This document shows, piece after piece, positions 37,440 to 47,861 of a DNA stretch of 64,000 nt; the first letter of the stretch is position 1, and every line of letters begins with the position of its first letter. The stretch lies in IMG/VR virus record IMGVR_UViG_3300017782_000001. One strand, given 5' to 3'. Under the pieces are notes generated by a model that saw only the letters and a program-made list of their open reading frames with translations, had not been told where the DNA came from and searched no databases. The DNA is from a virus. The position numbers and the translations under genes are program-made.

Positions 37440-40400
37440 TATGCGCTCAGTGCTATCACTCTTAAATCAGTAAATTGAGGAACCGAAGCATTGTTAGAAC
37501 TGTTCATAACAATCTTAAGCATAAACTTCGAGAATGGTGTTGATAGTCCGTCTTCTCCACCCACTAAATATTCATAATCTCTAAAGATTGAAGGATTTTC
37601 ATCTGTTGGTTGATCAACTTCTTTTATAACTTCTGTCCAGGGAGTATCCGAAAATAGTATATCTTCACCAATTGCTTTATAGTAAACTCTAAAGTTAGAG
37701 GCTGAAGGCCGGTTAGCTGCTAGCAAAATTTTAAGGCCAATGGCATCATTTTCTAGAGTTACTGGTCTAGTAATATGCTTAGCAAGAGATGTTCCGTTTT
37801 GAGAGTTAGTTTCATCAACATACGTTATAGGATTATTTCTATCAGCAGAATCACCATATTGGCTTTGGAAATCAATTCTATTATGAATTGTCCACATAGA
37901 AGCTCGTTGCATATCAATCACTGGAGAAACATCAGGACTTTGTGATATCATATTTAGTTTTAGTGTTATAGCTTTTTCAAGTCCTAGGTTATTAACTCTT
38001 TGTTCTTTAGAAGGAATAATTTGAGGAACGTTAAAGTAATTGTTTTCTCTTCCTGCCAAAGTTAAATATGTAGTTGCCTTTGTGTATTTTGTTTCATTAC
38101 CAGCAATAGACCGTCCTGTAGTAAATCTACCGGTAGGTGTAATCCTAGTAGAAGTAGGCACCAGAGTATCGATAGCTGGAACAACTTGTTCAAATAGTTG
38201 CTGTTTTGACATTGCTACTAAGTTGTTACCAATAATTTCACTATTGGTTGCATCTGAATCAAAGTCTACTTTGAAGAAATCATTATCTGCACTATCGATT
38301 GCGCGGATACCCATAATAGAAGAACCTAAGATTCCTGCGTATCTAGCAGATGAGTCAAGTCCGGTGATCATAACCTGATCACCATCAGTAAACCCATGAT
38401 CAGGGTGGAATACTGTAGCTGCTGGTGACCCACTAGTTACATCAATAGGATCAGTTGTTAAAAGGTTTATTGATGGATCTGCATTTTCCAATATTGCTTC
38501 AGCTGTTGAATGTCTAAATCTAGCTGTGTGCAATTCAAACGCCATATCAATTGTTTGATCTGGTTCCCAAATAAATGAGTTTTGAGATTTGAAAAATGAA
38601 CCTAGTGTTGGTTGCTGTGTAATTCTTCTTTCAGTAGATCCAAGAATAAATTCACCTGTTTTACCAATGTAAACGTTATATTCAATTGTTTCAGCTTTTA
38701 GAACAAATGCATATTCAGTATACGAATTCAGGTAAATAGGCTCATCAAATTCAAAGTAGGTGATAGCAGTACCATCAGCAGATATATTCACATCAGCCGG
38801 ATCCTTAAATACTACACCTCCCGGCAATACTTGGTATGCCGCAGGAGCACCTTCAACAGCAGGCCTTAGTTCTAGTTGAACCGGAACAATTGGATCTTTT
38901 GAAGCAAATCTTACACCAACCTTTGTACAGAAAATACCATCTGGCCTTGGAACATAGAATGTTTGAGCGATAGGATCACCACCGCCGCCACCATCACCAC
39001 CTTCGCGGCCACCGTCATCAGGTGGATCTGGAATTCTTCTTACAGATCTTGCAGTACGTGTATCAGTTCTAATATTTAAGCTTCTTGTTGATCTAATAGT
39101 TTGTTGTCTAGTTTCAAGAATACCGTTTGCCTCATATGAAGCAAATGCTCTTGAAGTAGAATCTGCAGGCTTTGGAACTGTAATGTCCAAAAGCATAAAC
39201 TCTCTTCTACCTGTTCTAAATTTTTGAACGCCATTAGGAATGAAGAAAGATCCTTCAATTTTACCAGTCTCATCTGTAATAAGAGTAGACTTACCTTCAG
39301 GATGCTCAGTTGCATTATTGTGTCTAGACCCAAATTGAGTAGGATCATCTGAAGTTCTTTGGAATGTTTCTTCTCTTACCCATTGAGAAATATCTTTTTC
39401 ATCAAAGTAAGGGAATAGTCTTGTTTCCGGTTTTAAGCCTTCAGCCTTAAAATAAATTTTCCTAGATCTCATAAACGGAATAACTGCAACATCCAAAACT
39501 CTATCGCCAATAACTTCACGAATAGTTTCACCTTGAACAATTCTAGTAACTGAAGTCGTAGTTGTAGTGGTTATAGTACGACCGCTTTGACTAGATCCTG
39601 ACGAAACTGAACGACCTAGTTGTCTACCAGCAAGATTAGAAAGATCTGTTCCACCCCACTGCCATTCCCAGTTATTCCAAAGATTTTGCTGTGCAGGATT
39701 AAGTCTGAATCCTCCATCTACAATTCTTGGTGGTACTCTTTTTACTTCACGCCAATCGTCTGATTGTGGTGAAAGAAGAACTCGACCTGTATGAGTAATA
39801 ACTGCAAACGGGTTAACGTTAATTGTACCAGAATATAAAGGCTGATCAATAAACTTTAGATCATCATATTTAATATAAACGTTATCGCCTTTTTTAATTG
39901 TATTGGTTGACTTATCTGAGTCATAAACAAAACCGATTTGATCTTCATTAAACGAAGGTCTAACTATTCCTTCTCTTGGATCAATCGCTGCAGCGTATTC
40001 TGGACTATTAACTGCTGATGCTAGTTGATCAGAAAAGTTATCAACTAAAAATCCAGCTTTAGTTCTATCAGCACCTGTTGAATCAAAAACACTAAATGTT
40101 CTTAGATTTGTTTCTAAAGCATTAAGCGTAGCTATTTCTTCTAATTGATCGATACGAGTTTCAAGTTTACCAATGTCTGCCATTGTAAATACTTTTGTCT
40201 CAATAAGATCAGTGTCAGTGTCTGAATCATTTAGAGTAAAAGGATTTAGCTTAAGCTTATAAAGCTCTAATGAATTTTCTGGTGTTTCTGGAAATCTTGG
40301 TGAAAGATCTGATTGACCAGGAATGATTTCAATTAATCCAGTTTCTTTGATAATGAGTTTATCATATCTTGGCATATAAGTTTCTTGATCAAATCTAATC

Positions 40401-42607
40401 AAAGAGTTAGGCTTTGGTAGCTCGTTAATACGAGCAGTACCACCAGCAAAGTCAAGCGCATCGTCTTTCAATCGAGGACGGAAGTCTAATACATCTCTTA
40501 AATTAACTACAGTTCCATTTGACAATTCGTGGTTTGGAATGTCAGCATAATCTACTTGTCCAGTATATGAGTTAACTGCAAAGAAATCGCCAGATGCACC
40601 ATGTGTAAAATATGAAAATGAGCAGAAAACGTTACCAGCAGGTTCCGCCGCACCTTGCTTAAGAATTAGTCTAGCTGGCGCATAAAAATTGTCTCTTTGT
40701 CCATTGTCAACAATAAATCTACTTGAAATATCTGTGCCATCAGATTCACCATCAGCAATAAGCACTACCTTAAACAAATCTGGTTTAGCAAGATCTAGTA
40801 CGTTATTTGAATCCAATGTAGTTTTAATAAAGGTTCCATTGGTTGCTAAACCCTTTGGTCCAGTTGTAGGAGGAGAATTTAGAGTTTTAGATCTAACAGT
40901 ACCTTGAGATTTATCAACTTTAGTTAATAACTCAAAGTTTGTTGTTGTTGGTCCGCCTGAAATATTAATAGTTGCTGTGCCAGTACCAGTGATAGTCACA
41001 TCATTATTAGTAAGCATTTTACCACTTGAATCAATAGTAAAAATCCACTCAGATGGAGAAGCGAAAGTTTCACCGTTTGCTGTTAACGTAAGTGTTTCTG
41101 ATCCAGAAAAGTCAAACTGTCCAGTAAAGTATCTTTGTACTTCAAGACTAATATCTGTAATTTGCTTAGGTCGACTATTTGGAAGAGGGAATAGAAGATT
41201 ATTATTAATAGCTCCTTTAAGTTCAGTTTCACCTCGTGTTTGCCTAACGTTAACATAGTCTGAAGTTGAGCCACCAATTGATTTGACATCACGAAATGAT
41301 TTACCGCTATTCATTGAAATATCAAAAAGATAGTACTTATAATCTGCACCATCTTCTTCAATATATCTTGCTCTTGCAGTACCAATTGTTGCGCCTAAGT
41401 GATTAGCAGAATCTCTTAAATTTCTAACTTGATAGGCGTTTAGATTAGGAAGCCTCTTAAACATCACCTCTAGTCTTGGATCGTTTGTTGAGTCAAGTTC
41501 AACAAAGTTACCAAAGTTTGCAGCAACAACCTGGTTATTAAGATCAGTAGTTTCTTGTGCTTTATTAATAGTAATTGTTTTAGGAATCATGCTTTCAGCG
41601 CGATAGCCATTAACATAAGCCACACCAGCAGAAACATCTACATCAAGTTTAGTGTTATCAGAATCATTCTCGTCAAATTTAACTCTAAACTGCTTAGCAC
41701 TAAAGTTACCATTTGTTTCATATGCTCTTTGTGAAACATAGTCTGCAATTTTTGCATATTGATTTGTTCCATTTGCAAATTCAGAAACGGAACCATTAAT
41801 TACATTAGCATAAAAAACAAAATTTTCATCAGAATCAACATTGGCTTTGTCAATTAACTCTAGTCTAATTCTATATCGATCAGCACCTGCTGCTGCCTTA
41901 TTAGGAATTGCTCCTTGATTATCATATAAAGCTTCATTGTCTGATGCTTTTACAATATCTTGAATTACCTTGAATCCAACAGTCGCTGTTACAGTATTGC
42001 TATATTTTGAAAGAATGATTGATTGGTCTTCGAAGAAAACGAAGTGGCCTTGTACAAAGAATGATCCGGTATTAACAGAAGCTCGGGTACCCATACCTGA
42101 TGACGGATTAGCAACAGTGTTTGTTGTTTGAACTGTAAGAGTAAATCCTCCTCCAGAAATTTCCTCACCAGGAGTAAATCTAATAGGACTAGTAGATGAA
42201 GTTCCTGTTGAAGTTTTAGTGTATCTAAGATATAGTGTTGCAGGATCGACTGAACCCGCGGCAACAGCTTCAATGACTACAGCTTTAACTCCTGAAGTTG
42301 CTCCTGTAAATTCTATGTTATTATAATCGTTAGGGTCTGTTCTAAAAATATTTACAGAAGTATCTAGCTTAATAAACTCGTATTCTTTGTTAATAGTAAT
42401 TCCACCTGGATTTACTGCAGCACCTTCTTTGAAAATGTTTTGAGCAAACGTTTCAATTTCTCTTTGTATAATAGTCTGCATTTGCGTAAGCTCTCTAGCT
42501 TGCAATGCTCGACCCGAGTTAAAGAGAATACGATGATAGTTATCGCTATCTCTGAAATCGTCTCTATATGTATCCGAAAATATTTTTTTCGTAAAATCAA
42601 CAGCCAT
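37439..42607 (-). CDS. Large baseplate-associated protein (DUF4815 / VrlC-like, 1722 aa)
   Basis: YRDDF...YHRILF..GRALQARELTQMQT, GADR, FTMADIGKLE.RI, GFLVDNF, NVNPFAV, FMRSR, DPIAQTF, GSFFKSQN. Confidence 0.88.
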   Translation of the reverse strand: MAVDFTKKIFSDTYRDDFRDSDNYHRILFNSGRALQARELTQMQTIIQREIETFAQNIFKEGAAVNPGGITINKEYEFIKLDTSVNIFRTDPNDYNNIEFTGATSGVKAVVIEAVAAGSVDPATLYLRYTKTSTGTSSTSPIRFTPGEEISGGGFTLTVQTTNTVANPSSGMGTRASVNTGSFFVQGHFVFFEDQSIILSKYSNTVTATVGFKVIQDIVKASDNEALYDNQGAIPNKAAAGADRYRIRLELIDKANVDSDENFVFYANVINGSVSEFANGTNQYAKIADYVSQRAYETNGNFSAKQFRVKFDENDSDNTKLDVDVSAGVAYVNGYRAESMIPKTITINKAQETTDLNNQVVAANFGNFVELDSTNDPRLEVMFKRLPNLNAYQVRNLRDSANHLGATIGTARARYIEEDGADYKYYLFDISMNSGKSFRDVKSIGGSTSDYVNVRQTRGETELKGAINNNLLFPLPNSRPKQITDISLEVQRYFTGQFDFSGSETLTLTANGETFASPSEWIFTIDSSGKMLTNNDVTITGTGTATINISGGPTTTNFELLTKVDKSQGTVRSKTLNSPPTTGPKGLATNGTFIKTTLDSNNVLDLAKPDLFKVVLIADGESDGTDISSRFIVDNGQRDNFYAPARLILKQGAAEPAGNVFCSFSYFTHGASGDFFAVNSYTGQVDYADIPNHELSNGTVVNLRDVLDFRPRLKDDALDFAGGTARINELPKPNSLIRFDQETYMPRYDKLIIKETGLIEIIPGQSDLSPRFPETPENSLELYKLKLNPFTLNDSDTDTDLIETKVFTMADIGKLETRIDQLEEIATLNALETNLRTFSVFDSTGADRTKAGFLVDNFSDQLASAVNSPEYAAAIDPREGIVRPSFNEDQIGFVYDSDKSTNTIKKGDNVYIKYDDLKFIDQPLYSGTINVNPFAVITHTGRVLLSPQSDDWREVKRVPPRIVDGGFRLNPAQQNLWNNWEWQWGGTDLSNLAGRQLGRSVSSGSSQSGRTITTTTTTSVTRIVQGETIREVIGDRVLDVAVIPFMRSRKIYFKAEGLKPETRLFPYFDEKDISQWVREETFQRTSDDPTQFGSRHNNATEHPEGKSTLITDETGKIEGSFFIPNGVQKFRTGRREFMLLDITVPKPADSTSRAFASYEANGILETRQQTIRSTRSLNIRTDTRTARSVRRIPDPPDDGGREGGDGGGGGDPIAQTFYVPRPDGIFCTKVGVRFASKDPIVPVQLELRPAVEGAPAAYQVLPGGVVFKDPADVNISADGTAITYFEFDEPIYLNSYTEYAFVLKAETIEYNVYIGKTGEFILGSTERRITQQPTLGSFFKSQNSFIWEPDQTIDMAFELHTARFRHSTAEAILENADPSINLLTTDPIDVTSGSPAATVFHPDHGFTDGDQVMITGLDSSARYAGILGSSIMGIRAIDSADNDFFKVDFDSDATNSEIIGNNLVAMSKQQLFEQVVPAIDTLVPTSTRITPTGRFTTGRSIAGNETKYTKATTYLTLAGRENNYFNVPQIIPSKEQRVNNLGLEKAITLKLNMISQSPDVSPVIDMQRASMWTIHNRIDFQSQYGDSADRNNPITYVDETNSQNGTSLAKHITRPVTLENDAIGLKILLAANRPSASNFRVYYKAIGEDILFSDTPWTEVIKEVDQPTDENPSIFRDYEYLVGGEDGLSTPFSKFMLKIVMNSSNNASVPQFTDLRVIALSA

Positions 42608-42622
42608 CTTATTTTTTACCTA

Positions 42623-44023
42623 TTAGAGTTGAATCACAACTTTAATGTCCTCTGTTTGGTCATTAGACCTTTCAATTGGTGATCTATTATCAATATATAG
42701 TAACTCCCCTGAAAAGGGATTTACGTCTGGGAATCTATATGCAAATGTATCAGAATCAGTGGCAGCGTTTTCAACAATGCCATCTCCATTACCATTTTGT
42801 TCAGTGAGGACTTCTCCTTCTTGGAAAATACCAAAGCCGGTTACTTCTGATTGATGGTAATAAATTCTACTTGAATCTACAAAATCAACTAAACCTTTAG
42901 CTGAGGATGAGGCTCCAAGGATTGTTCTATCAACAGTAAATGGTGTTGATACAGTTGAAAGTTTTAGATAATTCAACGTGTTTCCAACATCTGCAACGTA
43001 TAGTGGTCCATCTCCACCAGCACTATCTGCTTCGACATTTTTAAGCAATAGTGTTTGTCTAAAGTCGTTACCAACTTTTAGAATATCATTTTCATCACCA
43101 GCAATTCTTGAGTTAAACATTAATGAAAATGATCTTAAGTCTTCTCTTGGATCTGCACCAACGCCAGAGTCTGGTCCAAAGACTGCTCTAGCAGTAGCAC
43201 CTGTACCACCGCCACCATTAATTGAAATATCAGCTCTAGTGTATCCGGATCCAAATGCATGTCCTGTTTTAGAACCTGCTCCGGAATCATTCATTTCAAT
43301 TTTAGTTACTATTCCATTTGAAACTGTAGCCGTCGCAGCAGCCTGCTTGCCAGAGTTATCTCCTGTAATTTGTATTGTAGGAGTTCCTGTGTATCCACTG
43401 CCAGCATTTATTAACTGTATAGAAATAATTTCTCCTTGAGTTGCTGCTTCTTGCACAAGCCTTTGGTTAACCTGCAAAGCAGATAATCCTGGAGTTCCTG
43501 CTGAATCATTAACTTTAGTTACAGGAATGAAATTTGCTGAAGTAAATTTAGTACCATCAAGCGCACCGATAGTGTATAAGTATTTCCAAATGTAACCATC
43601 TGCAGTCGAAATTGGTCTAGAATTTGTACCGGTTGGTTTAACCGTTGATGTCACTGATGATCCAGCCGCGTTTAGACCTGGTTGAATACACATATACACA
43701 GAGTTTTCATCTGTAAGAACATAATATGGATTGGTTGGATATGCAGCATACGCATCATCAAATGCGCTGTAAATAGTACCAGACGACCAGTTATGTCGAG
43801 GAACAACAAAGGAAACTGTTTCAGCAGTCTTTACTGCTTGCATTCCTAAGCGTGCATTTCTTTCATCTCTTTGAGACTTAATTGGTGTAGGTGCAGCATC
43901 GTTGGAATCCCAAGGTTCAGATCTTCCAATCCCAACATAGTAGTTGTTACTAGAGTCTAACACATCATCAAATAAATGATTAATGAATTGTCTTTTAAGT
44001 CTATCTGTAATAATCGCAGCCAT
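42623..44023 (-). CDS. gp8: Baseplate wedge subunit gp8
   Basis: AAIITD, YVGIGR, VVPR.NW.SG, YMC, DGYIWKYLYTI, C-terminal SGELLYIDNR.PI.R..DQTEDIKVVIQL. Confidence 0.9.
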   Translation of the reverse strand: MAAIITDRLKRQFINHLFDDVLDSSNNYYVGIGRSEPWDSNDAAPTPIKSQRDERNARLGMQAVKTAETVSFVVPRHNWSSGTIYSAFDDAYAAYPTNPYYVLTDENSVYMCIQPGLNAAGSSVTSTVKPTGTNSRPISTADGYIWKYLYTIGALDGTKFTSANFIPVTKVNDSAGTPGLSALQVNQRLVQEAATQGEIISIQLINAGSGYTGTPTIQITGDNSGKQAAATATVSNGIVTKIEMNDSGAGSKTGHAFGSGYTRADISINGGGGTGATARAVFGPDSGVGADPREDLRSFSLMFNSRIAGDENDILKVGNDFRQTLLLKNVEADSAGGDGPLYVADVGNTLNYLKLSTVSTPFTVDRTILGASSSAKGLVDFVDSSRIYYHQSEVTGFGIFQEGEVLTEQNGNGDGIVENAATDSDTFAYRFPDVNPFSGELLYIDNRSPIERSNDQTEDIKVVIQL

Positions 44024-44031
44024 GTTTTATC

Positions 44032-45018
44032 CTATACTACCGTAGCACCGTATTGGCCAATAATCTGCCAATTGGTATTATCCCAAATTAAAATGCAACC
44101 ATCGGTTTGGTCCAATACAATATCAGCGCCTGGACCGAATGAGGTAGGTGTGATAGTTGCTATACCAGCACCTTTGTTTGTAAAAATCTTTTGTTCTCCA
44201 ATAGTGGTTCCATCTGCTAGACCAATTGCTGAAGCAGTTCCTATATTAATAATTACATAAGAAGTTGCACTTGGTGCAGTACCAGCAGAAGTCATTTCAG
44301 TAACAGTTGTAGCAATCTTTTGTACTTCAACTGATCCTAAGCCTTTAGGTGAAAGCTTTAAGTTAATATCTGTATCGCTTCCTGACGCCGCTAGTTCAGG
44401 TTTTCCTGCAGTTGCAGCATTAGTTAGTGTGACTTCATTTACTGCTGATGCTGTAGCCGTTATCTTTAATAGCTCAGCACCGTTAACATCATTTATTTTT
44501 CCAGTAATAGCTGGGTTGTTAATTGTTGCAGAATCTAAAGTTTTATTTTCTAAAGTTTGTGTAGACTTCAAAAATGTAAATGTATCACTATCAGTAAGTG
44601 AAGGGATGTTAACATTATGATCTGATGTTAGTGAACCTGCTTTAAGAATATATTGATGAGAGGAATCTAAATCATGAATTTGAGGTGCACCAAGAACTGG
44701 AGAAATAAGAGTTTTATTAATTATTGTTTGAGTTGCAGAATCAGTAATAATTTCACCATCTGCATTAGGTAACCTAATTGTTCTATCAGAATCCGGATCA
44801 ACTGCTTTTAGTGTAGTTTCAAAGTTATCATCAGTAGTGCCTTCAAACTGAATACCGTTTGCTGTAACAGATAACTCACCTGACAATAAATCAGAATCTC
44901 CACCAAGCTTTTGGTAAAGTTCTACAAAGTTTGAGTTAATTTTAGTGGCAGCTGCTCGGAGTGTATCTCCTGTACCGTCATTTGCGGTACTGCCAGTGCC
45001 TAAGTTTTGCCGTGCCAT
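44032..45018 (-). CDS. Baseplate wedge / tail-fibre connector (gp9/gp10-type N-terminus)
   Basis: GTGSTANDGTGDTLRAAATKINSNFVELY; TQTL.NKTL repeats. Confidence 0.8.
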   Translation of the reverse strand: MARQNLGTGSTANDGTGDTLRAAATKINSNFVELYQKLGGDSDLLSGELSVTANGIQFEGTTDDNFETTLKAVDPDSDRTIRLPNADGEIITDSATQTIINKTLISPVLGAPQIHDLDSSHQYILKAGSLTSDHNVNIPSLTDSDTFTFLKSTQTLENKTLDSATINNPAITGKINDVNGAELLKITATASAVNEVTLTNAATAGKPELAASGSDTDINLKLSPKGLGSVEVQKIATTVTEMTSAGTAPSATSYVIINIGTASAIGLADGTTIGEQKIFTNKGAGIATITPTSFGPGADIVLDQTDGCILIWDNTNWQIIGQYGATVV

Positions 45019-45046
45019 TCAATCACCTATTGAAAATTCTTATTGT

Positions 45047-45054
45047 TATTTATA
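45047..45054 (-). promoter_or_regulatory. Late promoter TATAAATA
   Basis: Exact motif upstream of 45018. Confidence 0.8.
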
Positions 45055-46023
45055 TCAACTATCATACAGTTCGAAGCGATCTAGATCCATTGTTTCAATC
45101 GCATTGGATATTTTAAGTAATCCAGGAGTTCTTCCTGTATCTTCATCTAATGTTGGAGAGTTAACGTCCAAAATACCGTCAGTTCCAGGTGCAAAGTTTC
45201 CATAAGAATTTATAAGCTCTTGAATAGACATATTTGAATATCTATTAATCTGTACAAACCTTGCTCTAGTCACATCGCTATCTCCGTCAATACCATCTTC
45301 AAATTCACCGACTACTTCATGGAATGCTTGTGGAGCATCCAATGTTGCAAACGCTTCGCTTGTTCTTGCCAATGAGGCAGAATCAATAAGCACAACTGTT
45401 GGTTGTGTTCCATTAACATCAAATATGGATTGCGCCTGTATTTCAAGTGAAACTTCACCTCCAAGAAAAAATCCTGCAGGGTGTACAAACCTTCTATATA
45501 ATTCTTTCCATCTAATAATTGGAACAGAAGATTTAATTAACACAGAAAAAATTTGATATAATCCTGCGTTTTGTATATATTTAAGAGATTCAGCACCAAT
45601 TAAAGAATCATCTATTCTAAACATTTGTTCTTTTGGAAATTGAATTTCTACTGTTTCATTAAAAAATGCTCTAAAAAAACCTTCAGCAGAATATAAGCTA
45701 CCTTTAACTCTAAAAAAGTTAGCAAAGTTTCTTAATGCTTCTCGCGAATCTGCAAAGTATGAAGCTGATGCGCCTTGAGCAATTTCTGCAAATATTTGAT
45801 CTAACTGTTTAGCAGAAGAAGATTCGATATCTCTAATCGCGTATAAGTCTTTAAGAGAATCTGTAAGCTCATCTGAATCCATAAATGAGTAATAAGCATT
45901 CATGAATTTTATAAGATTAGGATAATCTCTTTGAAAATATTCTGGCAATACTTGTTCAACCACGTCTGTATGGAAAACAAGATTACGTCTATTAAAAAAT
46001 ACTTCTTCTGTTTGTGTTGTCAT
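45055..46023 (-). CDS. gp7: Baseplate wedge initiator gp7-like (compact form)
   Basis: LPEYF..DYP....F..AYY, F..KGS....FFR.FF, YQ.FS..IKS....W......VHPAGF; follows gp6. Confidence 0.75.
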   Translation of the reverse strand: MTTQTEEVFFNRRNLVFHTDVVEQVLPEYFQRDYPNLIKFMNAYYSFMDSDELTDSLKDLYAIRDIESSSAKQLDQIFAEIAQGASASYFADSREALRNFANFFRVKGSLYSAEGFFRAFFNETVEIQFPKEQMFRIDDSLIGAESLKYIQNAGLYQIFSVLIKSSVPIIRWKELYRRFVHPAGFFLGGEVSLEIQAQSIFDVNGTQPTVVLIDSASLARTSEAFATLDAPQAFHEVVGEFEDGIDGDSDVTRARFVQINRYSNMSIQELINSYGNFAPGTDGILDVNSPTLDEDTGRTPGLLKISNAIETMDLDRFELYDS

Positions 46024-47861
46024 TACAGTGTCACATCAACCGTTTGTCTATCAACTTTACCTGAAGCAAACGATGCATCAGTATCCAATAAAAGGATATA
46101 ATTTCTTAAGGGTTTAATTACTGATTGATCTCTCGGAGTAACAGAAAGTTTTATGTAGGTTTGGCCAGAAGTAATACTTTCTGGAATAAACCCATTTAGT
46201 TCTACCTTACCTCTATCAGGATCGTATTGTCCAAGATTATCAACTTCAACGTTTCCAAGAGTATCTGTTATAACAAGCTTTTTTGAGTTAAGTTTATTTT
46301 TGATTAAACAAACTTTATTGTTAAATCTAAATGTAGATGAAGTTACAGTTTCAATTATATCGTCTGGTGCTTGAAGTGTAACTGGAAAATTAATTTCATA
46401 TGAAAGAGATTGATTTAATATTGGCTCAAATCTCTGTTGAACTTTAATAGCAACTGATGAGTTAATAACAGACTCTTCTAATTGGTCTACTGTCGTTAAC
46501 AAATTAGATCTTCTAAATATACTACCAAAAAGTCCTAAGTTACTTTCGAAAAATTGTCTGACCTTACTATAAACAACAGATTCCGTAGATTGTAATGTCA
46601 CACTTGTTAAGTTTGGATCGAAGTTAAATTCAACAACTGCCTCAATAAATGTTTCAATTGGATCAACATATATCGTACCAATAGATAACACTGAAAGAAA
46701 ATCTGTAATATTACTTGTAATAGAATCTTTTGTTGAAGTTTTTTCTGCTTCAGTAATACCATCTTGAAATTTTAATCCAACATAAACGTTTCCGTAATTT
46801 GCTGGAATGTTATCTTCACCTCCCCAAGCAATTGCATCAACGATGTTAGAATAGTTAGCAAGAATAATAGCTTTATAATCTTCTGCTGTAACAAGTCTTT
46901 GTTGTGCAGCAAATGCCAATGGAGCGTTTGATCTAATACTTTCAACTGTTTGTCTATCTGATCCAGATGTAGAATTAGAAACTGTAGTTACAGATAAGTC
47001 ATAGCCTTGTCCGTTAACAGTATACTGTGAACTTGGAGAAAACACTTGTCCACCATTAGCATCTGCTCCTACAGTAGAAAGATATTCTACTTGAACTACA
47101 GTACCTGTTTCTGGTGCTTGACCAAATGATATACCATCACCAAAGTTTAATTCATAAAATCCATTAGGAGCTTCTGTGATTTGATAAAATTTAGAATTTT
47201 GATCTACTCTAATAGCTTTACTAATTGGTGTGTACGCTTCAAACTCTGTAGTTGAAGGATTAGCAAAAACCTTTACAATTGTGGTAGCAGTGTCCATTGT
47301 TGAATCTGGTATAACATAAATTTGTCTTTCACCAACTTTACCAACATAAAACTTTTTAGTTCTTTTAGTACCTTCAAATAGAATGACATTTTTATTTCCA
47401 TTAACGTCAGAAAATTCATATAGACCTGAGCCATTATCTGTAGCAGTTAAAGATTCAGTTGTTTGAAACGTATAAGTTATGTCATTAATAGATGTGGTAA
47501 ATAACGTAAAGGCTGGAAGAATATATGTAGTGTTTCTATTAGAAACACCAGCAAGATTAAGAGTAAGATTTACATTTGTTTGAGAAGATGTTTTGGATCT
47601 AGGTGAGTAACCTAATCCTTGAGCATGAGAAACAATTGAAGATCTAAGTTGAGCAGTATTAAGGAATGCCTCATTCAAAGCAAAGTTTGCAATAAGACCA
47701 TTAAAGTGTGTGTTGTATGCAAGAACATCAAGAATATTGCTTAGCCCTGAAGCTTCAAAATTATAATCTTGAAACTCGTTATCGGAAGCAAGATATGTTT
47801 TTAATCTTTGCTTAATTTGTTGAAAATCTAGCTGGGTAGATTCAATGTTAGTTACTGCCAT
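46023..47861 (-). CDS. gp6: Baseplate wedge subunit gp6
   Basis: LDFQQIK, DYNFEASGLS.ILDVLAYNTH, LRSSIVSHA..LGY.PRS, FGDG, QQRLVTAEDY, WGGED. Confidence 0.95.
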   Translation of the reverse strand: MAVTNIESTQLDFQQIKQRLKTYLASDNEFQDYNFEASGLSNILDVLAYNTHFNGLIANFALNEAFLNTAQLRSSIVSHAQGLGYSPRSKTSSQTNVNLTLNLAGVSNRNTTYILPAFTLFTTSINDITYTFQTTESLTATDNGSGLYEFSDVNGNKNVILFEGTKRTKKFYVGKVGERQIYVIPDSTMDTATTIVKVFANPSTTEFEAYTPISKAIRVDQNSKFYQITEAPNGFYELNFGDGISFGQAPETGTVVQVEYLSTVGADANGGQVFSPSSQYTVNGQGYDLSVTTVSNSTSGSDRQTVESIRSNAPLAFAAQQRLVTAEDYKAIILANYSNIVDAIAWGGEDNIPANYGNVYVGLKFQDGITEAEKTSTKDSITSNITDFLSVLSIGTIYVDPIETFIEAVVEFNFDPNLTSVTLQSTESVVYSKVRQFFESNLGLFGSIFRRSNLLTTVDQLEESVINSSVAIKVQQRFEPILNQSLSYEINFPVTLQAPDDIIETVTSSTFRFNNKVCLIKNKLNSKKLVITDTLGNVEVDNLGQYDPDRGKVELNGFIPESITSGQTYIKLSVTPRDQSVIKPLRNYILLLDTDASFASGKVDRQTVDVTL

